Origin: Yoonia sp.
GTDB taxonomy: Bacteria > Pseudomonadota > Alphaproteobacteria > Rhodobacterales > Rhodobacteraceae
Length of the DNA stretch: 56,493 nt
Assembly: GCA_036825855.1 (NCBI GenBank)
Contig: DAISXL010000001.1
Span: forward strand, 1 to 56,493
Direction: 5' to 3'
Shown in pieces: positions 27,792 through 36,319 of this stretch (position 1 is the stretch's first letter; each line of letters starts with the position of its first letter). The translations under genes were made by a program, and so were the position numbers. Under the pieces are notes generated by a model. It was not told where the DNA came from, made no database searches, and saw only the letters and a list, made by a program, of their open reading frames with translations.

Positions 27792-28373
27792 GTGAACGCG
27801 CCTTTGGGGGTGATCCTTGCAGGCGGGCTTGCCACGCGCATGGGTGGCGGCGACAAAGGGCTTTTGCCCTTGGGCGACAGCACGATCCTCGGGTCCGTGA
27901 TCGACCGGCTGCATCCGCAGGTGGCGGACCTCGCGCTGAACGCAAACGGCGACCCCGCCCGTTTCGCGGCCCTTGGCCTGCCCGTGATCGCGGACAGTGT
28001 TGCAGGCTTTGCGGGGCCATTGTCCGGCGTGCTGGCCGGTCTTGACTGGGCGGCGGCACAGGGGGCCAGCCATATCGTCACCGCCGCCGCCGACACGCCG
28101 TTCCTGCCCTGCGATCTGGTGCCGCGCCTGCAACTGGCGGGCGGCGATCAGGGGCTGGCACTCGCGGCAAGCCCGGGTGGCAGGCAGCCGACCTTTGGCC
28201 TCTGGCCTGTCGCGCTGCGCGATGACCTGCGCACGGCTTTGCAGGACGGGCTGCGCAAGGTCGTGCTCTGGACCGAAAGGCATGGCGCGGGCACGGCGGA
28301 ATTCCCCGATGATCTGGCATTTTTCAACGTCAACACGCCCGATGATCTGGCCCGCGCGCAGGCGATGCTATGA
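27792..28373 (+). CDS. mobA: Molybdenum cofactor guanylyltransferase MobA
   Basis: GVILAGGLATRMGGGDKGL, GPLSG, DTPFLP, FFNVNTPDDL. GTG start at 27792. Confidence 0.95.
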   Translation: MNAPLGVILAGGLATRMGGGDKGLLPLGDSTILGSVIDRLHPQVADLALNANGDPARFAALGLPVIADSVAGFAGPLSGVLAGLDWAAAQGASHIVTAAADTPFLPCDLVPRLQLAGGDQGLALAASPGGRQPTFGLWPVALRDDLRTALQDGLRKVVLWTERHGAGTAEFPDDLAFFNVNTPDDLARAQAML

Positions 28374-28861
28374 AGATTTACGGCATCGTCGGTTACAAGA
28401 ACGCAGGCAAGACCGGGCTGATGGAACGGCTGGTCACGGACATCACGGCGCGCGGGTTCAGCGTCTCAACCCTGAAACACGCGCACCACACCTTTGACGT
28501 GGACCAGCCGGGCAAGGATTCCTTCCGCCACCGGCAGGCGGGCGCAAGCCAGGTTCTGCTCGCCTCGCGCGACCGCTGGGCGCTGATGACCGAATTGCGC
28601 GGTGCGGATGAACCGCCGCTGGCCGATCTGTTGCGCCTGTTGTCCCCCGTCGATCTGGTGCTGGTCGAAGGCTACAAACGCGACGCCCATCCCAAGGTCG
28701 AAGCCTTCCGCGCCGCCACCGGCAACCCGCTGATCGCACCTGACGATCCGACCGTGCGCGCGGTGGCAAGCGACACGGCCCTGACGCTCGACCGGCCTGT
28801 CTTTGATCTGGACGACACCCGCGCCATCGCCGATTTCATCCTGTCCGAGGTTGGCCTTTGA
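28370..28861 (+). CDS. mobB: Molybdopterin-guanine dinucleotide biosynthesis protein MobB
   Basis: GYKNAGKT, KHAHH.FDVDQPGKDS.RHR.AGA, DLVLVEGYK...HPK.E. Confidence 0.96.
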   Translation: MKIYGIVGYKNAGKTGLMERLVTDITARGFSVSTLKHAHHTFDVDQPGKDSFRHRQAGASQVLLASRDRWALMTELRGADEPPLADLLRLLSPVDLVLVEGYKRDAHPKVEAFRAATGNPLIAPDDPTVRAVASDTALTLDRPVFDLDDTRAIADFILSEVGL

Positions 28862-30945
28862 TGTGGGACACGGTGCTGATCGTCGATTGGTCAGGCGGCA
28901 ACGACCGCGGGGCCAGCCCCAAGAAAGACGCGATCTGGACAGGTGTCGCCCGCGCAGGCATGGCCGAGGACCCCGTTTATCACCGCAACCGCCAGGTGGC
29001 CGAGGACCGGATCATCCGCTTCCTGACGGCGGAACGCAAGGCCGGACGGCGCGTGCTGGCAGGGTTCGATTTCGCCTTCGGCTATCCGGCGGGCTTCGGG
29101 AAGGTGCTCACCGGATCGGACGATCCTTTTGCGATCTGGGACTGGTTCGCAGCCCATGTGCAGGACAGCCCCAATGCCAACAACCGTTTCGATCTGGCGG
29201 GGCAGATCAACGCGCTTTTCCCCGGGATCGGGCCGTTCTGGGGCAATGGCCTCGCCCGCGACATTCCCGACCTGCCGCGCAAGGGGCTGGCGCGACACGG
29301 GCACGGGATGCCCGAAAAACGCGCCGCCGAACAGAACGCCAAAGGGGCCTTTCCGGTCTGGCAACTCTCTGGCGCGGGGGCTGTCGGCAGTCAGGTCATC
29401 ATGGGGCTGCCCGTGCTGGCGCGGCTGCGGCACCGCTTTGGCGCAGAGCTTGCCGTCTGGCCGTTCGAACCGCTGACGCCACCGATCGCGCTGGTCGAGG
29501 TCTGGCCCTCGCTGATTGCCAAGACCATTGCCGCGACCTGCCCGCAGGGGGCGATCAAGGACGCGCATCAGGTGCGGGTTCTGGCGCGCGCGCTCTCGGC
29601 GCTGGCACCGGACGATCTGGCCCGCATGCTCGCCGTGCCTGCAACTGCCGAAGGGTCGATCCTCGGGCTGGGGCATGTCCCGCTTCTGGAACAGGCCGCC
29701 AATGCGCCCACGCTGCGCAACGATTGCTTTGCCTTGCCGCAAGGCGTGCATTGGACGCCGGTCGATCAGGCACTCGCCCATCTGCGCCAGCATCTGCGGC
29801 CTGTGGCCGAGGTTGAACTCCATCCGCTGGCCTCAGCATCAGGCCGGTATCTGGCGCAGGATGTCACGGCCTTGCGCGCACATCCCCCGAGACCCAATGC
29901 GGCTGTTGATGGCTATGGCATCGCCGGACCGGCAGGCACCGGCACACAGACCTTGACGCTGGTGCAAGGCCGCGCCGCCGCTGGCCAGCCATTTGCCGGC
30001 GCCGTCCCCGCAGGCCATGCGATCCGCATCCTGACGGGCGCAAACCTGCCGCAGGGCGTGGATACGGTCGTGATGCAGGAAGACGTGCAGGCGACGGGCA
30101 CCGCCATCACCTTTCAAGGTCCGCTGAAACGCGGCGCCAATGCGCGCGCGGCGGGCGAGGATATGACCGCAGGCCAGACCATCGCGCGGCAAGGCCGCAG
30201 GCTGACCCCCGCCGATCTGGGCATGTGTGCGGCGGTTGGTATCGGTCAAGTCATGGTCTATCGCCCTTTGCGCGTTGGCATCCTGTCCACCGGAGATGAA
30301 TTGCGCGAACCGGGCAGTCAGGCCGCCGAGGGGCAGATTTTCGATGCCAACCGCCCGATGCTGACCGCCCTAGTTCGGCAATGGGGCCACGATGCCATTG
30401 ATCTGGGGCGCGCGCCGGATGACCGCGATGCCTTGCGCGCGATGCTGGACGAAGGGGCTGCGGACTGCGACGTGATCCTGACCTCGGGCGGGGCGTCCGG
30501 CGGGGACGAAGACCACATGTCCGCCTTGCTGGCTGGCACGGGGTCGTTCGCGCTGTGGCGGGTGGCGATGAAACCGGGGCGGCCACTGGCCATGGGCCTC
30601 TGGGGCGGCAAGCCGGTGCTGGGCCTGCCCGGCAATCCGGTCGCGGCGATGGTCTGCGCGCTGGTGTTTGCGCATCCGGCACTGGCCTTGATGGCAGGCG
30701 GCGACTGGCCCGACCCGCAAGGGTTCATCGTGCCCGCCGCCTTTGCCAAGTCCAAAAAGGCAGGCCGCCGCGAATACCTGCGCGCGCGCATCAGGGACGG
30801 CAAGGCCGAGATTTTCGCCTCGGAAGGGTCGGGGCGGGTCAGCGGGCTCGCTTGGGCCGAAGGGCTGGTCGTGCTGCCGGACGCAGGCTTGACGATCACC
30901 CCTGGCGATCCTGTCACCTATCTCCCGTTCGGCAGTTTCGCATGA
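28861..30945 (+). CDS. moeA: Molybdopterin molybdotransferase MoeA fused to an N-terminal ~280-aa RNase H/DUF429-like domain
   Basis: MoeA part: NAAVDGY, RILTGA..P.G.DTVVMQED, STGDEL, DANRPML, TSGGAS.GDED, KPGRP, LPGNPV, SG..S.L. The N-terminal part is unrelated (IVDWSG, GFDFAFGYP, VEVWP). Confidence 0.9.
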   Translation: MWDTVLIVDWSGGNDRGASPKKDAIWTGVARAGMAEDPVYHRNRQVAEDRIIRFLTAERKAGRRVLAGFDFAFGYPAGFGKVLTGSDDPFAIWDWFAAHVQDSPNANNRFDLAGQINALFPGIGPFWGNGLARDIPDLPRKGLARHGHGMPEKRAAEQNAKGAFPVWQLSGAGAVGSQVIMGLPVLARLRHRFGAELAVWPFEPLTPPIALVEVWPSLIAKTIAATCPQGAIKDAHQVRVLARALSALAPDDLARMLAVPATAEGSILGLGHVPLLEQAANAPTLRNDCFALPQGVHWTPVDQALAHLRQHLRPVAEVELHPLASASGRYLAQDVTALRAHPPRPNAAVDGYGIAGPAGTGTQTLTLVQGRAAAGQPFAGAVPAGHAIRILTGANLPQGVDTVVMQEDVQATGTAITFQGPLKRGANARAAGEDMTAGQTIARQGRRLTPADLGMCAAVGIGQVMVYRPLRVGILSTGDELREPGSQAAEGQIFDANRPMLTALVRQWGHDAIDLGRAPDDRDALRAMLDEGAADCDVILTSGGASGGDEDHMSALLAGTGSFALWRVAMKPGRPLAMGLWGGKPVLGLPGNPVAAMVCALVFAHPALALMAGGDWPDPQGFIVPAAFAKSKKAGRREYLRARIRDGKAEIFASEGSGRVSGLAWAEGLVVLPDAGLTITPGDPVTYLPFGSFA

Positions 30946-31577
30946 AGATCACCGTCGGCATCCCAGATGCGAACCGTGCCGAGGTGGCAGCCCTTTACTG
31001 GGAAGCCTTCGGTGAAAAGCTGGGTTTTGTCATGGGGCCGAAATACCGCGCGCTGGTGTTCATCAGCCGCGTGCTGCGGTCCGATCACGGCATCTGCGCG
31101 CATGACGCCAATGGCCGCCTGCTGGGGGTGGCGGGGTTCAAGACGCATCACGGCGCGCTGGTCAGCGGCAATTTCACCGACCTGCGGCGCGTTTACGGCT
31201 ATGTCGGCGCTGCGGTGCGGATGGGCCTTTTGTCGGCGCTGGAACGGGACACCGACAACGACCGTTTCCTGATGGACGGGATTTTCGTGGCCCCCGAATA
31301 TCGCGGGCGCGGCGTGGGCACCGCCCTGCTGAACGCGATCACGGCAGAGGCAAAGACACGCGGCTATCGGCAGGTCCGGCTCGACGTAATCGACACGAAC
31401 CCGCGGGCGCGCGCGCTGTACCTGCATCTGGGCTTTGTGGAAATGCAGACACATAAGCTGGGCATCTGGCGGCATGTCTTTGGCTTCAACGCCGCCACGA
31501 CCATGGTGCGCGACATCTATCCCGAACCGATCAGCGCCCCCGCCGCAAAAACCAAGGCCCCGCCCAGAACCACCTGA
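30942..31577 (+). CDS. GNAT family N-acetyltransferase
   Basis: MDGIFVAPEYRGRGVGTALL, LDVIDTNPRARALY...GF. ATG 30942 overlaps the moeA stop; the 3' end overlaps mbfA by 61 bp. Confidence 0.88.
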   Translation: MKITVGIPDANRAEVAALYWEAFGEKLGFVMGPKYRALVFISRVLRSDHGICAHDANGRLLGVAGFKTHHGALVSGNFTDLRRVYGYVGAAVRMGLLSALERDTDNDRFLMDGIFVAPEYRGRGVGTALLNAITAEAKTRGYRQVRLDVIDTNPRARALYLHLGFVEMQTHKLGIWRHVFGFNAATTMVRDIYPEPISAPAAKTKAPPRTT

Positions 31578-32494
31578 AAGATCGCCCGCCCCCACGGTGT
31601 CTGCATGTATCTGTTCTGGATCCATGCAATCGCCCAAAGTTCGACGACAACGACGATCAGCGCCACGGTGGTCGCGGTCCAGAAATCGGTGATCAGGTAA
31701 GGCAGCGCATGGCCCAGACCGCCGATAGTTGTCATCACCCCAGCCGCCAGCCCGCGTTTATAGGGCGATCCCCGGCCCGAAATCTTGCCATCATCGGATG
31801 CCGCCTCGGTAAAGCCCATCGAGATGCCAGCGCCCACAGATGCCGCCAGCCCCACAAGAAAAGTCGTCCACGTATCCTGCGTGGCAAATGCCACCGCGAA
31901 AATCGGGGCGAGCGTGGAAACAGAGCCATCCATCAGCCCTGCTAGCCCCGGCTGCACCCATGTCAGCACGAACTGGCGATAGGCGGCGGAATCCTCGGCG
32001 GTTTTGTCATCATCGCCCAGATGGGTCGCGGATAGCTTGGCCGCCTTGTCGGTGTGGCCAGCCTCGGCGGCGGCCAGATCGCCCAGCAATTTGCGGGTCG
32101 CGGCGTCACGCGCCTGCCCTGCGGCCAGTTCATAGAACCGCTGGGCGTCGCGTTCCATACGCGCGGCCTCGTCGCGGATCCGCTCGAGGCTCAGGTTCTC
32201 GACAAGCCAGACCGGACGGCGGGCATAGAACCCCGCCACATGCTCGCGCCGGATCAGGGGAATCACGTCGCCGAACCGCGCGACATGCAGGTCGATCAGA
32301 CGACGGCGATGGTCGTTTTCCTCGGCGGCCATGCCGTCGAACACGGCGGCGGATGCCGGATAGTCGGCGCGCAGTTTGTTCGCATAGACGCGGTAGATGC
32401 GCGCATCGTCCTCTTCCGAGGATATGGCCAGCGCCAGAATATCCTGTTCCGACAAATCGTTAAAGCGGCGGCGCTCTGCAAAACCGGGAATCAT
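31517..32494 (-). CDS. mbfA: Iron exporter MbfA (rubrerythrin/ferritin-like domain plus VIT1/CCC1 domain)
   Basis: LSEQ.ILALAISSEEDD.RIY, EE..HRRRL, E.GH, QPGLAGLMDGSVSTLAP, GAGISMGFTEA.SDDG, GGLGHALPYL. Confidence 0.94.
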   Translation of the reverse strand: MIPGFAERRRFNDLSEQDILALAISSEEDDARIYRVYANKLRADYPASAAVFDGMAAEENDHRRRLIDLHVARFGDVIPLIRREHVAGFYARRPVWLVENLSLERIRDEAARMERDAQRFYELAAGQARDAATRKLLGDLAAAEAGHTDKAAKLSATHLGDDDKTAEDSAAYRQFVLTWVQPGLAGLMDGSVSTLAPIFAVAFATQDTWTTFLVGLAASVGAGISMGFTEAASDDGKISGRGSPYKRGLAAGVMTTIGGLGHALPYLITDFWTATTVALIVVVVELWAIAWIQNRYMQTPWGRAIFQVVLGGALVFAAGALIGSG

Positions 32495-32507
32495 CTTTTA
32501 CCCTCAA

Positions 32508-32524
32508 TTTAGAATAATTCTAAT
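32508..32524. promoter_or_regulatory. Irr-binding iron control element (ICE) upstream of mbfA
   Basis: TTTAGAATAATTCTAAT, one mismatch to the ICE consensus TTTRGAAYNRTTCYAAA, 13 bp upstream of the mbfA start. Confidence 0.85.
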
Positions 32525-32559
32525 CTACGCCGATCGTGGGATCAGGCAAGCGCCAAAAT

Positions 32560-32608
32560 TGAACCGAACGGTTCACTTTTTTCTTGCAAAAGTGAACTGA
32601 ACTGTTTA
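32560..32608. promoter_or_regulatory. Two copies of a putative TetR operator
   Basis: TGAACCGAACGGTTCA (32560-32575, perfect 7-2-7 palindrome) and TGAACTGAACTGTTTA (32593-32608). Confidence 0.7.
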
Positions 32609-32642
32609 GTTAAATTATTGCAGTCATCAATGGAGTTGTCCC

Positions 32643-32825
32643 ATGACCCGCCTGATCCTTGCCTTTGCGCTTTGCGCTGCTGTTGCGGCACCCGCCAGTG
32701 CCTTTTCGATTTCCATGACCCTGCCGACATTGACCTATCCGCCCGCTCCTCTGCCTGACGTCAGCCAGTCTTGTGGCGGTATCACCGCACCTGTGGCCGA
32801 TGCCTGCACGACCCCTGCAAAATAA
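32643..32825 (+). CDS. Small secreted hypothetical peptide (60 aa)
   Basis: GGAG RBS and a Sec signal ending PASA|F. Mature 40 aa is Pro/Thr-rich with two Cys. Confidence 0.7.
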   Translation: MTRLILAFALCAAVAAPASAFSISMTLPTLTYPPAPLPDVSQSCGGITAPVADACTTPAK

Positions 32826-32862
32826 GGCGGGTCACCATCTGGTGTTATCGCCTTGCCCGAAG

Positions 32863-32878
32863 TGAACTGATCGGTTTA
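32863..32878. promoter_or_regulatory. Third copy of the putative TetR operator (autoregulatory site)
   Basis: TGAACTGATCGGTTTA, 25 bp upstream of the tetR start and adjacent to a TATGAT -10-like hexamer. Confidence 0.7.
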
Positions 32879-32903
32879 TGATGGCACACAAGGGGAGAAT
32901 ATA

Positions 32904-33527
32904 ATGCCAGATGGTGCGATTGAGCCGAAGAAGGGCCGCAAATTCGATCAGGTTCTGGAAGGCGCGCGGCAAGTCTTCATGTCCGACGGATATGAAGGTG
33001 CCTCGGTCGATGACATCGCGCGCGCGGCAGGTGTATCGAAGGCGACGCTTTACAGCTATTTTCCCGACAAGAAGTTCCTGTTCATGCAGGTGGCGAAAAC
33101 GGCCTGTCAGCGGCAGACCCAGCACGCCATCGAAACCATCGACTTCAACGCGCCGACCGTGCAGGTATTGCACCGGATCGCGACCGAGATGGTGGATTTC
33201 ATCACCTCCGAATTCGGGACCCGCGTGTTTCGCATCTGTGTCGGCGAAAGCGAACGGTTTCCCGAACTGGCCCGCGAGTTTTATGAAAGCGGACCGATGC
33301 TGATCCGCGAACGCCTTGCCGATTTCTTCCGCATGGCGATGGACAGAGGCGAATTGCAGATCGACGATGTGCTGTTGGCTGCCGATCAGTTTCACGAATT
33401 GTGCAAGGCAGACCTGTTCCCGCGCATGATTTTCAGCATGTCCGACCCGATCACACGGGCCGACAAGGACCGCACGATCAACGGCGCGGTGGACATGTTC
33501 ATGGCGCGTTACGGGGTCAAACGCTAG
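32904..33527 (+). CDS. TetR/AcrR family transcriptional regulator
   Basis: HTH GYEGASVDDIARAAGVSKATLYSYFPDKK.LF; C-terminal E..RFPELA..FYE.GP. Confidence 0.95.
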   Translation: MPDGAIEPKKGRKFDQVLEGARQVFMSDGYEGASVDDIARAAGVSKATLYSYFPDKKFLFMQVAKTACQRQTQHAIETIDFNAPTVQVLHRIATEMVDFITSEFGTRVFRICVGESERFPELAREFYESGPMLIRERLADFFRMAMDRGELQIDDVLLAADQFHELCKADLFPRMIFSMSDPITRADKDRTINGAVDMFMARYGVKR

Positions 33528-34264
33528 TCCAGCCTGCGGGCTTCAAGGTGGTTGCCTTGGCCTTTGCGGACCTCGAACCGGCCTGATTTGACCAAGAGAT
33601 CCGACAGTTTCGCGCTGCCATAGGTGCGCGGGTCGAAATCAGGTGCCGCGCGCGTGATGTACTGGCCCAATTGACCCAGCGAATACCATTCGCCTTCGGC
33701 ATCGATACTGTCCATCGCCTTGATCACCATGGGGATCGCGGCGGAGGGCGGATTGCGGGTCGGCGCCGTCGCAGGCGCGGGTTTGGTGGTTTCGCCTTTC
33801 ACCGCGACCGGCTGATCCTTGTCCTGATCCACAAGGTTTTCGATCAGGATGAACCGGTTGCACACATTGCGCAGGCTGACGGGCGCCTTGCCTTCGCCGA
33901 TCCCGATCACGACCACGCCGTTTTCACGTAGCCGGTTGGCAAGGGCCGTGAAATCGCTGTCAGAGCTGACCAGAACGAACCCGTCGAACCGCCCCGAATG
34001 CAGGATATCCATCGCGTCGATCACCAGCCCGATGTCGCTGGCGTTCTTGCCACGGGTGTTGGCGGTTTCCTGATTGGCCACAAGGCCCAACTCAAGGACC
34101 TCTTTCTTCCAGCCGCCCAAGGCGGGGCTGGACCAGTCGCCATAGACGCGACGCAAGGCCGGTTCGCCATAGGTCGTGACCTCGCGCAGGATGGGGCCTG
34201 CGTATTTGGCGGGGATGTTGTCCGCGTCGATCAACACGGCCAACAACATGCGATCCTTGGCCAT
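33524..34264 (-). CDS. NYN (LabA/DUF88, PIN-like) domain protein with C-terminal OST-HTH/LOTUS domain
   Basis: LIDADN, RRVYGDW, GKNASDI.LVIDAMD, SSDSDF, then LG.......PDFDPRTYG..KLSDL. Confidence 0.92.
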   Translation of the reverse strand: MAKDRMLLAVLIDADNIPAKYAGPILREVTTYGEPALRRVYGDWSSPALGGWKKEVLELGLVANQETANTRGKNASDIGLVIDAMDILHSGRFDGFVLVSSDSDFTALANRLRENGVVVIGIGEGKAPVSLRNVCNRFILIENLVDQDKDQPVAVKGETTKPAPATAPTRNPPSAAIPMVIKAMDSIDAEGEWYSLGQLGQYITRAAPDFDPRTYGSAKLSDLLVKSGRFEVRKGQGNHLEARRLD

Positions 34265-34293
34265 GTCGATCCTTTCTGTTCCGCTGTTGCGGC

Positions 34294-35405
34294 TTAAAAT
34301 TCCACGACTGCGCGGATGCTTTTGCCTTCGTGCATCAGATCGAAGCCATGGTTGATGTCCTCAAGCTTCAGCTTGTGGGTGATCATCGGATCGATCTCGA
34401 TCTTGCCCTGCATGTACCAATCCACGATCTTGGGCACGTCGGTGCGCCCGCGCGCGCCGCCAAAGGCGGTCCCCCGCCAGCTGCGGCCCGTCACCAGCTG
34501 GAACGGCCGGGTCGAGATTTCGGCCCCCGCAGGCGCCACACCGATGATGATGCTTTCGCCCCACCCTTTATGCGCGGATTCCAGCGCTGTGCGCATCACG
34601 CCGACGTTGCCGGTGGCGTCAAAGGTGTAATCGGCCCCGCCTTTGGTCAGCGCGACCAGATGCGAGACCAGATCGCCCGTCACTTTCGACGGGTTCACGA
34701 AATCCGTCATGCCGAAACGGGTCGCCATCTCGATCTTGCTTTCGTTCAGGTCGACACCGACAATCTGGTCGGCCCCTGCCAGACGCAGGCCCTGGATCAC
34801 GTTCAGCCCGATGCCGCCCAGACCGAACACGATCGCACGGCTGCCGATCTCGACCTTGGCGGTGTTGATGACCGCGCCGATGCCGGTGGTGACACCGCAG
34901 CCGATATAGCAGATCTTGTCGAAAGGCGCGTCCTTGCGGACCTTGGCCAAGGCAATCTCGGGCAGGACCGTATGGTTGGCGAATGTCGAACAGCCCATGT
35001 AATGCAGGATCGGCGTGCCATCGAGCATGGAAAACCGGCTGGTGCCGTCAGGCATCACGCCTTTTCCCTGCGTCGTGCGGATCGACTGGCACAGGTTGGT
35101 TTTCGGGTTCAGGCAATATTCGCATTCGCACATTCGGGCGTGTATAGCGGGATCACGTGGTCGCCAGGCTGCAATGAGGTGACGCCTTCGCCCACCTCGA
35201 TCACGACGCCTGCGCCTTCATGGCCCAGAATCGCGGGAAAGATACCTTCGGGGTCGGCGCCAGAGCGGGTGAATTCATCCGTGTGGCAGATGCCCGTCGC
35301 CTTTATCTCGACCAGAACCTCGCCAGCGCGGGGACCTTCGAGGTTGACGTCCATGACCTGCAACGGCTGCCCTGCCGCCATTGCCACTGCTGCTCTTGTG
35401 CGCAT
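34294..35405 (-). pseudogene. frmA: S-(hydroxymethyl)glutathione dehydrogenase (class III ADH), split by a 1-bp deletion near 35129/35130 (pseudogene or sequencing error)
   Basis: 5' part MRTRAAVA...GICHTD...GHEGAG...PLYTPEC continues in another frame as [13 protein letters not shown]...GCGVTTG...GLGGIG...GKSIR. Confidence 0.9.
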
Positions 35406-35501
35406 GTCGACCTCTCCTTCATGTTGTGCCATGTTGATCTGCGAAACTGGCAGGGAATTCAACCTCCCAGATGCCCACGACCATCACAGGACACCACAAC
35501 C

Positions 35502-35768
35502 ATGCGCATTCTGATCCCGTTGCTGCTGCTGGCCGCTTGCGCCACCGTCGAAACCCCGTCCACCGCGCCGAGCCTGCCCGATACCTGCGGGGCCACAGAC
35601 TATCGCTATCTGGTAGGCCAGCCCGATACGGCGCTGCAACGGGTGCTGATCATGGACGAAGTCCGCATCATCCGCCCCGAGACGATGGTCACGATGGATT
35701 TCCGGCCAGACCGGATCAATTTCAGGATCGACGGCGCCGGTCGCATCAGTGACGTCACATGCGGGTGA
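35502..35768 (+). CDS. I78 family peptidase-inhibitor-like lipoprotein
   Basis: Lipobox LLAAC, DTCGA, LVGQP, RIIRP...VTMDFRPDRINF.....G.I..V.CG. Confidence 0.88.
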   Translation: MRILIPLLLLAACATVETPSTAPSLPDTCGATDYRYLVGQPDTALQRVLIMDEVRIIRPETMVTMDFRPDRINFRIDGAGRISDVTCG

Positions 35769-35772
35769 AACC

Positions 35773-35838
35773 GCGAAAGTCCTCGATGCCGCGAACTGGG
35801 TGGGGGCTGTTGGCCGCGACATCGAGGTAGCATTTCGC
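35773..35838. other. Long imperfect inverted repeat (hairpin) downstream of the I78 gene
   Basis: Nested pairs GCGAAA/TTTCGC, CCTCGATG/CATCGAGG, CGCG/CGCG. Confidence 0.5.
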
Positions 35839-35973
35839 TATCCGTTAACTATTGCGGCGAGATGTGTCCCAATTGGGCTGTTGGCAGGGCATTCCGGCGG
35901 TATAATTGCGGCGGAAGGATGGCCGCATTGTAACACGGCTTGATTTCACAGGCAGACGGGGTGAAGATTCGTC

Positions 35974-36312
35974 ATGACCATTCAGACCCCTTCCCCGTTT
36001 CACCCCCCCGCACAGGTGGCGTTCCACCGCACCGAGCTTGGTCTGATTCTCGGGCTTTACGGACGCATGGTCGCGGCCGGTGAATGGCGCGATTATGGCA
36101 TTTCCAACCTGCGCGACATGGCGGTCTTTTCGATCTTCCGGCGGACGGCGGAAAATCCGCTGTACCGGATTGAAAAGAATCCCCGCCTGCGCCTGCGCCA
36201 AGGGCAATATGCAGTGATCGGCATGGACGGGCAGGTGCTCAAGCGCGGCAATGACCTCAAGGCCGTGTTGCAGGTGCTGGAACGCAAGCTGATCCGGCTG
36301 GTCGACAAATAA
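35974..36312 (+). CDS. DUF2794 family protein
   Basis: F.R.EL..IL.LYGRMVAAGEWRDY.I, AVFSIFRR..E.PLYRIEK.P, G.VLKRG.DL..VL.V. Confidence 0.9.
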   Translation: MTIQTPSPFHPPAQVAFHRTELGLILGLYGRMVAAGEWRDYGISNLRDMAVFSIFRRTAENPLYRIEKNPRLRLRQGQYAVIGMDGQVLKRGNDLKAVLQVLERKLIRLVDK

Positions 36313-36319
36313 TTTATTC

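Noticed and set aside
35105..35140. Programmed ribosomal frameshift in frmA
   Set aside because: No slippery heptamer or obvious stimulatory structure, and frmA is not known to be recoded. A 1-bp deletion explains the break.
35881..35906. TTGGCA...TATAAT sigma70 promoter for DUF2794
   Set aside because: The -10 is perfect but the spacer to the -35-like hexamer is only 14 bp, too weak to call.
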